A stretch of 64,000 bases of DNA from an uncultured delta proteobacterium. GTDB taxonomy: Bacteria; Desulfobacterota; WTBG01. Below the pieces are notes generated by a model, which made no database searches, had not been told where the DNA came from, and saw only the letters and a list, made by a program, of their open reading frames with translations. This document shows, piece by piece, positions 52,215 to 60,892 of this stretch. The position numbers and the translations under genes were made by a program. Within the stretch, counting starts at the first letter, position 1, and the number at the start of each line of letters is the position of its first letter. The DNA lies in contig CAWCBP010000001.1 in assembly GCA_963793865.1 (NCBI GenBank), positions 640,001-704,000 of the forward strand, written 5' to 3'.

Positions 52215-54251
52215 CTACTGGACTAGCTGCCGTGCAGCCCCAACGGTGTAGTTCCGCATCATTTCGTTGTCTTCATGGTCGACTATATGGCAATGCCATA
52301 CATACCCAACGCCATTGATGAGTTCGGTGGGATCAAACGGATAAAGGTTTGTACCTGCCGAAACGCCTCCAACCGGCACATCCTGAGGTGCCCATCTGAC
52401 CGCTATCCTTGTTACCTCACCAGGATACATGATGGCGGTGTCCTTCCAGCCCTTTTCATACGGGAGCGGCAACCTGCGTTTTTTCAACTGCAGGTAAGGT
52501 CCTATTGCGGGATTGCCACCGATGGCACCGTCAGCATTTTTGATGTTGTACTGGTTCGGCGGCCCGCCGCCGGGAAGCACACCATTGGCCGCGAGCTGAG
52601 CATCATACAAATTGATCCACCGTGAAGCCTGCAGCGGTGTGCGGTCCAGGATCTGGAAAGTCACAAGATGAGTGTGCATGGGGTGAGCGTCAGCAGTGAT
52701 GTTGATGACTTCCCATATCTCGGTATCTCCCACTGCCGGAATCTCTGTTTCACGGCAGAGAGGAGTGGGGCAGCCGGGAGTAATGCCTGCGAGATTATAC
52801 TTAGAGTTGTTCACTACCAGTTCGAGCGGACCACCGGCACCAATCACTTCGTTAAGGGTAAGCTGGCGTTTGATGCCATTTACTGCATCAAAACCATTGA
52901 GGATCGGCTCGAGGGGTGTTGGCCGTATTGCGGTTCCCGCTGCGATAGCTGTGTCGGGTATGACCCCATTGAGAGGCAGGTTTACCCTGAACTGCATGAT
53001 CGTGTCGGTTCCACCCAGCGTAGGTCTTGCTCCGCCTGGAAACGGTGTGCGCGCTATGTTTGACATAACCACTGTGGTTCCCTGTGGCAGACCCCTGAAG
53101 TCCACAATTACCTCGTAACGTTCGCCGGGCCCGATTATCAGATTGGGTGTTAAAACAGCATTCTGAAGATAACCGCCGTCAGTTGCGATAACAAGGAATT
53201 TTAATCCCTTGCTCATCGAGAGGTCATAAAAGCGGGCGTTTGAGCCGTCCACAAATCTGAAACGGTACTGCCGGGGTTCTACATTCAGATAGGGCCAGGT
53301 CTTGCCGTTAACGACGATTGAGTCTCCGATGAACTCCGGGATCCAGAAAGGATGAATCGTCGGGTTCGGCTGGGGGTTGGAGGCCAGATTATAGAAAATC
53401 TGGCAGTTTGTATCAAAACTTCTGTCCTGGAGAATGAGGGGGATATCGTACTCAGGAAACTTCGGCAAGGAGGCAAGTGGGGGTTTGCCGGATCAATTAT
53501 TGGGTACAAACCGGCCAGCCCCGCATAAACGTTCAGCCTGGTCAGGCCCAATGCATGGTCATGAAACCATATTGTTGCTTCCTGCTGCCCGTTGGGATAC
53601 GTGTACGTATTACCCGGAAAGCCTCTGCCAGTGATTCCAGTCGCTGTTTCCCAGGCATCGGGACCACCGTCAAACGCAGGCGGTACCTCGCCCCCGTGGA
53701 TGTGTGTTGCGGTGGGCATCGCGCCGGTATAACCACCCAGCAGGCCGCATAACGGATTAGTGTAGTTTCCGGCAGGATCAGGTGCGCAGTTTATATTCTC
53801 AGGATTTGCCCAGTCAATCGTCATATCAATGGGAAGGAGCGGCTGCACATTTGATATCAGGGGCAACTCATTAAAATATGACGGGAATGCCGGGACACCA
53901 CGTTCCGCCACCACGACCGGCCCAAGATAACTGGGACGCACAACACTACCGGCAGGGAGATCGGCATCGGTCAGGTAACCCCACACCCAGCTCGCGGTAC
54001 CGGCTGGGCAGACACCGGCAGGCATGACCTGGGGGAGAATCTGTGACTGAAATTCGCTGATGTGAATGTTATAAGCGGGTGTGCCTGCGGATGTTGCATC
54101 AATGACTGATATAGCGCCTGCAACCGGCAGCGGTTCGACAAACTTCGGTATTGTCGCTCCCGGCAAGCAGCAACTGCTGAGCGCCGGCAATGCCGACCAT
54201 GACAAAGATAAAGGTCAAACCCAACATTGTAAATCTAAGTCCTGTTTTCAT
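52215..54251 (-). CDS. Multicopper oxidase, CotA/bilirubin oxidase-like (apparent frameshifts near 54170 and 53480)
   Basis: AAGGAGGAG RBS; HIHG, WFHDH, HPMHTH and HCHIVDHEDNEMM copper motifs. Confidence 0.9.
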
Positions 54252-54928
54252 TTCTCCTCCTTTCGTTTTCTAAAAATCACTATTCCTTTTGTGAAGCTGT
54301 TTAAGTATCTTTCGTAATCCTGTTAAAATTCTCTTACCTGCTGCAAAAACCAGAAAAATGCTTCCTTACATCTATACATTTTCTTGTCTTAGCTGACCGC
54401 TCATTTTTTCAGTTGTGCACCACCCCCCCATAGGAATTACATTAAAGTTATTTGAGACATCAAAAAATTGTTAAAATGTAAAGAAAGAGCATTTACTTTT
54501 TATTATATTGTTATTTTAAGTTATATCTTGTGTCTATGGGTAAAAAGATGTATTTTTAGCGAAAAAATAGAGTATATTTTTAGAAGGCGAACGATATCTA
54601 TTGTTTGATCATCATATTTGGTTGCTTTATATGTCTTAAATTCCAAATTGCGACATTTTCAAATTGTCATTAAAAATTGTTACTTAAACAGTAATGTATT
54701 TTTTCTATCATATGATACTAAAATTGTCAAGAATAAATAATGACAATATATTATTATAGATAAGATTTTACTATAAATTAGGCGGTTTTATCATTTGGCG
54801 AGGTATAATTATATTTGCCTTCGCTCTTTACCGCTTAACCCTTCTATGATATAAGCAAGTGCTCAGAATAGAGCTGATGTTCAGTTGGTAATATGAGTGA
54901 ATAACTACCAAGGACTTATGAGGCACGC

Positions 54929-55234
54929 ATGGAAAAGGTAAAAAAGCTGGTGGACAGGCAGATGGATATAAAATTGAAACAGGAGATTGATACCTCTCTC
55001 AAAAGGATCAGGGCATTAGAGAATGCGCTTAAATTTCACCGGGAGAAATTGAAAGAGCTGTGTGAAGGACGGAAGGAAGAGTTGGCGGAAGAACTGGGCA
55101 TTATCAAGGGAAAGACCGGGGAGACCATTTCTGTGCTGTTCGTGCTCGAAAAAACCAACGAGCTGATAGAGGATACCATTGTTCTGTGGGGCGAGGGTGT
55201 GCGAAAAAGCTTTCTGGATTACATGGGAAAATAG
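54929..55234 (+). CDS. Hypothetical coiled-coil protein
   Basis: GAGG RBS, 101 aa, charged and helical. Confidence 0.55.
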   Translation: MEKVKKLVDRQMDIKLKQEIDTSLKRIRALENALKFHREKLKELCEGRKEELAEELGIIKGKTGETISVLFVLEKTNELIEDTIVLWGEGVRKSFLDYMGK

Positions 55235-55353
55235 AGGTTTATCAGGTGCGGAAATGAGCCTGACATCGAACGGTAAGAATAATTCGTAATATTAAGCTTG
55301 ACAAAGTTATGAGCATGATACTAGAAACAGCGATAAATAAATAGATGATAGAA

Positions 55354-55456
55354 GCAAATCTCCGAACCGCTTTTTCTAAAACCAAACGGTCATGAAGAGC
55401 GGTCGAAGGGTAGCATTCGAAAGAGTGTTGCCTCCCGTGCTCGGAAAGGAGATGTA
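55354..55456 (+). promoter_or_regulatory. Moco-type (molybdenum/tungsten cofactor) riboswitch upstream of tupA
   Basis: P1 ATCTCC/GGAGAT, P2 ACCGCTTTT/AAGAGCGGT with CTAA, P4 GGGTAGCATTC-GAAA-GAGTGTTGCCT, then CCCGT...GGAAAGGAG. Confidence 0.88.
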
Positions 55457-55467
55457 TGTGGAGTTTC

Positions 55468-55506
55468 AAAAGCCAGCATATCCCGATCCGGATGCTGGCT
55501 TTTTTT
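55468..55506 (+). terminator. Riboswitch expression-platform terminator
   Basis: AGCCAGCAT...ATGCTGGCT followed by a T-run, between aptamer and tupA. Confidence 0.8.
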
Positions 55507-55569
55507 ATGGCGCGCCAGATCATTCTCAATGTGCGTCAACATAAAATGCATCCGCTATAACAAGGGAGG

Positions 55570-56403
55570 TTGATGGTGAGTAAATCGCGAAGAGCAAAAT
55601 TTTTCATAGCAGCACTTGTTTGCACGATTCTAATCTTTACCGGCAACAGCTTTGCTGAAGAACGACTGAAGATGGCAACCACCACCAGCACTGAAAATTC
55701 CGGATTGCTTGAGATTGTTGTGCCGCCTTTTGAACAGATGTTTAACCTTAAAGTGGATATTATTGCGGTGGGAACGGGCAAGGCCATGAAACTGGGTGAG
55801 ACCGGTGATGTGGACGTGATTTTCGTTCATGATCCCGTTGATGAGGAACGTTTTATTGTTCAGGGCTATGGAGTCAACCGGCGGGCAGTTACACATAATG
55901 ATTTCGTTCTGGTTGGGCCTGCGGGTGATCCCGCGGGATGCAGGGGTATGAAGAATATTACCGAAGTATTCTCCAATATCGCGAAATCAAACGCCTTGTT
56001 TGTTTCCCGCGGGGATGACTCCGGCACGCACAGGAAGGAAAAGGAGATCTGGGCAAAGGCGGGTGTTGTGCCTCAGGGCAAGTGGTACATGGAAGCAGGG
56101 CAGGGGATGGGGGCAGTATTGCAAATGGCGCATGACAAGATGGCCTATACCTTGGCTGACAGGGGAACCTATGTCGCTTACAAACCGAAGATAGATTCAA
56201 TTATAATCTCGGAGGGAGATCCCCTGCTCTATAACCCCTATGGGGTTATTGCCGTGAATCCCGCGCGCCATCCGCAGGTGAACTATATCAAGGCAATGGC
56301 TTTTATAGGATGGCTGACTTCACCGGAGTGCCAGAAATTAATCGGCAACTTTAAAAAAGAAGGAGAAGTGCTTTTTTATCCCGATGCAATCCCGGTACAA
56401 TAA
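55570..56403 (+). CDS. tupA: Tungstate ABC transporter substrate-binding protein
   Basis: ATTTSTENSGLL, VGTGKA, SRGDDSGTH, DRGT, NPY. Confidence 0.92.
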   Translation: MMVSKSRRAKFFIAALVCTILIFTGNSFAEERLKMATTTSTENSGLLEIVVPPFEQMFNLKVDIIAVGTGKAMKLGETGDVDVIFVHDPVDEERFIVQGYGVNRRAVTHNDFVLVGPAGDPAGCRGMKNITEVFSNIAKSNALFVSRGDDSGTHRKEKEIWAKAGVVPQGKWYMEAGQGMGAVLQMAHDKMAYTLADRGTYVAYKPKIDSIIISEGDPLLYNPYGVIAVNPARHPQVNYIKAMAFIGWLTSPECQKLIGNFKKEGEVLFYPDAIPVQ

Positions 56404-56421
56404 AAACAAAGTTGTTAACCG

Positions 56422-56472
56422 GTAGGAGCGGCTTTAAGCCGCGAATGCATCGCGCATGAATGCGTGCCTGCC
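56422..56472. repeat. Degenerate GTAG-type REP doublet
   Basis: GTAGGAGCGGCTTTAAGCCGCGA...TCGCGCATGAATGCGTGCCTGCC. Confidence 0.5.
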
Positions 56473-56520
56473 GATATGTCAAACGTTTTTAGCCGGGTTT
56501 TATTAAGACAAGTAAATATA

Positions 56521-56618
56521 TCATCTGCAAGTTACCACTCCTAAAGATCATAATCCATGGAGGGTAACCGACAGGGTAGACCCCGAAAGGGTTCTATCTC
56601 CCGTGTTTGGAAAGATGA
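56521..56618 (+). promoter_or_regulatory. Second Moco-type riboswitch upstream of the porin gene
   Basis: P1 TCATCT/AGATGA, P2 GTTACC.CTCC/GGAGGGTAAC with CTAA, P4 GGGTAGA-CCCC-GAAA-GGGT-TCTATCT, then CCCGTGTTTGGAAA. Confidence 0.82.
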
Positions 56619-56628
56619 GCTGCCATAG

Positions 56629-56663
56629 GGCCAGTTCCATGTCAACACGGGACTGGCCTTTTT
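56629..56663 (+). terminator. Riboswitch expression-platform terminator
   Basis: GGCCAGTTCC-N10-GGGACTGGCC-TTTTT. Confidence 0.78.
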
Positions 56664-56694
56664 GCTGATCAGGAAGGCAATTCTGTTCAAGAGT

Positions 56695-56786
56695 GAGATT
56701 GGCGCGCCATGCTCGCAATGGCAATATTGAGCGAGTCTATAACTAGACACGTCGTTGCGAGGAGCGTAAGCGACAAAGCAATCTCA
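56695..56786. repeat. Pair of REP-like family B elements in the porin leader
   Basis: GAGATTG...CTCGCAATGGC and GTCGTTGCGAGGAGCGTAAGCGACAAAGCAATCTC. Confidence 0.55.
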
Positions 56787-56851
56787 TGCTTCAAAAATAA
56801 TTAATTCAAAAAGCTTTCCTCCTTGGTTGCACCGTCATAGGCAGGACTATT

Positions 56852-58237
56852 ATGATAAGAACAGCAATTGGTTATTTGTATCTTGATTTCAATACTCTTC
56901 TTATCAATGGCAATGCTGACGCTGAAAACCTTGCCAATGATAAATTATTGGAAATACTAGAGCAGAAGGGTTTCTTAACGGAAGAAGAGGTAAAAGAAGT
57001 CAAGGGAATACTTACCAAGGAAGAGGAAAAGGAAGTTAAAGTTGTCTATGAGGAAGGGGTTCATATCAGAACCAACGACAAAAGTTTTGATACCAGGATC
57101 GGGGGAGTTATTCAAACTGATCTGATCGCATTCAGCTCACATTATCCCGAGGACAACGATTTTGATATCAGAAGGGCGCGCCTGTTTATAGAAGGAAGGA
57201 TGTTCGACTATTTCGGTTATAAATTTGAAGGGGAATTTGAAGGTGCAAGCAATGACCGGCTGGTGGATGCCCTGATAAATTTCGATTACTTTCCTTACCT
57301 GCAGCTCCAGGTGGGTCAGTTTAAAGAACCGTTCAGTCTTGAGAACCTCATTTCAGACAAATATCTTCCCTTCAATGAGCGGTCAATGGCCTATTATCTA
57401 ACACCCGCGCGGGATGTGGGTATTATGATACACGGGAATTTATTCGGTGACATGATCAACTACGGGGTAGGTGTATTTAACGGTGACGGCCGTGATGCCA
57501 CCAGAAGGAGCCAGAAGGATGATAAAGAGTATGCCGGACGCTTCGTACTGAAGCCATTTCATAAACTGGACATTCCGTTGATAAGCAACCTCCAGATCGG
57601 GGGATCCTTTGCTTATGCGAGGCTGGACACATCGGACCTGAATGTGGACATTGATACGCCGGGCCGAACAACTTTTTTTGAGGTGAATTCGCGGGCCAAG
57701 TTTCGTGTTATTCAGGATGTTGACGACAGGAGGCGGTTTGGATTTGAAATGGCTTACACCTGCGGTCCGCTTGCTCTTATGGGGGAGTATATCAGAAACG
57801 ATTACCATGGAGTGCTGCCTACCGATGAGGATGCGTTTGATTTCAGCATGAAGGGATGGTACGCGGGCATGCTGTTGATGCTCACCGGAGAAAGGCCGGT
57901 GATCTCAAAAGGGGTGCTGGAGAAAATCAGGCCCAGGAACAACTTTGATATTAAGGGCCGGAAATGGGGCGCCTGGGGAATAGGCTTCCGCTATGAACAG
58001 TTCGAAGCGGACCAGGTGGTCTATGATGAGCTTGTTTTCGAAGGGCAAAGCGTAAGACGTGCAAATTCATTTACGGCGGCTTTGAACTGGTATCTCAACA
58101 GCATGGTACGGTTTTCTCTCAACTACAGCCGCACCACGTTCGCGCAGCCCCTCTTTCTGGGAACCAGCCCCGAGGGGTACTCGTACTACCGTGACACGGA
58201 GAATGTCTGGGTCACCAGGTTTCAACTGGAGTTCTAG
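56852..58237 (+). CDS. OprO/OprP-family anion-selective porin
   Basis: IRRARL, GQFKEPFSLE, RDVG, GVFNG, ALNWYLN, C-terminal FQLEF. Confidence 0.88.
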   Translation: MIRTAIGYLYLDFNTLLINGNADAENLANDKLLEILEQKGFLTEEEVKEVKGILTKEEEKEVKVVYEEGVHIRTNDKSFDTRIGGVIQTDLIAFSSHYPEDNDFDIRRARLFIEGRMFDYFGYKFEGEFEGASNDRLVDALINFDYFPYLQLQVGQFKEPFSLENLISDKYLPFNERSMAYYLTPARDVGIMIHGNLFGDMINYGVGVFNGDGRDATRRSQKDDKEYAGRFVLKPFHKLDIPLISNLQIGGSFAYARLDTSDLNVDIDTPGRTTFFEVNSRAKFRVIQDVDDRRRFGFEMAYTCGPLALMGEYIRNDYHGVLPTDEDAFDFSMKGWYAGMLLMLTGERPVISKGVLEKIRPRNNFDIKGRKWGAWGIGFRYEQFEADQVVYDELVFEGQSVRRANSFTAALNWYLNSMVRFSLNYSRTTFAQPLFLGTSPEGYSYYRDTENVWVTRFQLEF

Positions 58238-58384
58238 CAGGCTGGTGAAAAACAACCATCTGCTGCGTTACGCTCATCCTTCGTCATTGCAGCGTACAGG
58301 AAAGTACGCCTCATTCCTCAGGATTTTGCGTGCCTTGCATCTGGCTGTTTTTGACCAGCCTGGGGAAAATACTTTTTCAACAAC
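58238..58384. mobile_element. MITE-like element, family A (longest copy)
   Basis: CAGGCTGGTGAAAAA ... TTTTTGACCAGCCTG-GGGAAAATAC-TTTTTCAACAAC, starting right after the porin TAG. Confidence 0.65.
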
Positions 58385-58411
58385 TTTTTATAGTAACCCA
58401 CGAGGATACTT

Positions 58412-60200
58412 ATGAAAAAGAAGATGCTGGTTGTTGCTCTTGTGATGCTGACAGGTATGGTGAGCCTCGTTCAGGCTGCCTATCACCATGAAGGGGAAGC
58501 GGACTCGCCGAAATTTGTTTCTGTTTATCCGGCTGCAGAAGGAACCAAGCTGGACAGTTGCGCCCTTTGCCATACCGGAGGCGAGTATGAGAAAAGTCCC
58601 GGCCAGTGGGTTGAGGTGGGAAGCTGCCAGTGGTGTCATCTGACCTATGGATATGACGGCAGCGGCGACATTAAGGAAACCATGAACCCGTATGGTGCTG
58701 ATTACAATTCCGCTGGAAGAAGTTCGGGAGCATTTGCTTCCATAGACGGAAGAGATTCTGATGGGGATGGCTATAGCAACAGGCAGGAGATAAATGCTTT
58801 GAGCTACCCGGGGGATGCCACAGATGATCCCACTAAAATTCCCGCCCCGTCAGTGACCTATACCCTGAGTGAACTGGAAGCATTGCGGAACCACAGTCAG
58901 TTTTTACTCATGAACACAAGCCGCTCTGGGGACTGGTATGGTGAGTATGAGGGGGTACCCATGCTTGATTTGCTGCGGGATGCGGGAATGGTTGAAGAAA
59001 CAACAAGTGCAATAACTGTTTTTGCCCCCGATGGATACTCCTACACCTACGTACTGAAGCCGGGGGGTGAGTACTATTATATAGATGGCACCTATCCCCA
59101 GGCTCAGTATTACTATGATGTCCAGGCAGATAAAGCAAACGGGGGGTGGTGTGATTATTCTGCACCGTCCACTACGGGGCGTAACAATGGTGACCCCGTA
59201 ACGGTTGAAGGCGGTTTGAAATTTATACTAGCCTACAAGAGAGATGGGGCATATCTGGAGCCGGGCTATCTTGATGAAGAAAATAGAATCCCGCTTGACC
59301 GGGAAGGCCCTTTCAGGTCAGTGCCGCCGCAAATGGTTCCCTGTCCGCCTGATCAGTCGTCAACAGCTGAAAACCAGGATGTTGTCTGGCCTTTTGACGA
59401 AAGCCTCGATCACAATGCAGGCTTCTCGGCACGCACTGCAGTCGCCATCAGGATAGAGCCTCTGCCCGAGGGCACCTCGGACTTTAACTGGTACGAAGGG
59501 GGATGGGACTATGTTGATGACAAGTCCATCATTATCTATGGCAACCTTGCCAGCGGCGGAATCCAAGGGGAAGTGATAGATCAGGATACAAGCCCTGCCG
59601 ATAGAAAACGCGTCTATCTCGACCATAAAGGAGGATATTCTGCTACAACCGACAGCGCGGGAAGCTTTGCCATCAATGGGATGAAAGTAGGCACCTACAC
59701 GTCAGGGCGTCTGCTGCCGGTTACCAATCGCAAAGCCAATCTGTAACCGTTGCCAAGGATGCTGAGCAAACGGTCAACTTCAGTCTGCCCCAGGCTGAAG
59801 ACACCTGTCCGATCGAAATGATGCTCCCGGCCGATCTCCAGAAGCTTTCCCTGTTAAGGAATTACCGGGACAAGGTTCTCATGAGAAGCGCTGAGGGAAG
59901 AGCTTATGTCAAAAGGTATTATGAGCATGCCTCAGAGATAGTCACGATGCTTCTGTTGAATCGGGATATAAGAAGCATGGCATTTAAGGCAGTGAATGCT
60001 CTTGCCCCAGTCTCTGGAAAATATCGTGGCGGGCAAGGCCGTCCAGCCTGAGCAGGTCACAACACAGGAGCATTGAATCATTAATAGAAAAAATGAAAAA
60101 GGTGAGCAGTCAATCTCTTCGGAATACGCTTTGCCTGTTTGAACAGGACATCAGCAAAAGGGATGTGAGCAGGAAGATCTTCGCCGCATCGCACGAATAA
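58412..60200 (+). CDS. Secreted diheme cytochrome c fused to a molybdopterin-oxidoreductase-like domain, a carboxypeptidase-regulatory-like beta domain and a CFI-box-CTERM-like tail (apparent frameshifts near 59700 and 60020-60050)
   Basis: Signal peptide, CALCH, CQWCH; YEGVPMLDLL, APDGY, LAYKRDG, EGPFR; shifted frame VRASAAGYQSQ...CPIEM...LRNYRDKVL...YVKRYY. Confidence 0.75.
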
Positions 60201-60226
60201 ACAAGTCAGGTACGGAGGAAATAAAC

Positions 60227-60613
60227 GTGAATCCATACAAAAAAATAAGTGTATTTTTGTTGCTTACCATAACAGGGCTTTTTGCGATGGCGCCTCAAGC
60301 TGAGGCAAATAATTTTGCAGGGATGAAATACACTATCTATATGTATAACACTGAAGAGACATCAGCCACGATGTCCTTTGAAGCAAACCTGTCCATGTTC
60401 ATAGATGCCTATGACGGGTTCGGGATCTATCTTCCCGTGGGGCAGTCTTTTACCGCGGCATACTGGGCGCCAAATTACAAGAATACCAATGACCTCTTTT
60501 TACTGGTAACAGGGGTAGTCGCTTCGGATTTTATCAGCGGCTGGGCTTTGACGTTTTACAATTACCGGCTGACCGGCATGTTTTTATACTCCGGCTATGT
60601 GACTACTCCATAG
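60227..60613 (+). CDS. Hypothetical exported protein
   Basis: GGAGG RBS, GTG start, signal peptide ending AEA. Confidence 0.6.
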   Translation: MNPYKKISVFLLLTITGLFAMAPQAEANNFAGMKYTIYMYNTEETSATMSFEANLSMFIDAYDGFGIYLPVGQSFTAAYWAPNYKNTNDLFLLVTGVVASDFISGWALTFYNYRLTGMFLYSGYVTTP

Positions 60614-60776
60614 AGCTGTGAAGCGTTGGGTGTATCATTATGTAATGTCTTTGATTCAAAAAATGTGGACTTCAGTAAATTAAAAGAGAAAGGAGGTGAA
60701 CAGCAGTAATAGTACAGAAGGAGTCCACGGAGAGGTTTTGAGCTAATTGTTGACAATTGGTATCAGTACTTTGTTT

Positions 60777-60863
60777 CCCCCTCACCTCAATCCTCTCCCC
60801 CTAGGGGAGAGGAGGTTAAAAAAGTTCCCTCTACCCTCGGGGGAGAGGGTTAGGGTGAGGGGC
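60777..60863. repeat. CCCTCTCCC/GGGAGAGGG cruciform REP-like element
   Basis: CCCCTCACC..CCTCTCCCC-T-AGGGGAGAGG ... CCCTCTACCC..GGGGAGAGGG..GGGTGAGGGG. Confidence 0.65.
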
Positions 60864-60892
60864 AGACTAAATCTATTGCGTGTTAAAGGAGG

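Noticed and set aside
55242..55529. 95-aa minus-strand ORF (and likewise 56541..56750)
   Set aside because: Both overlap riboswitch and terminator structures and have no protein features
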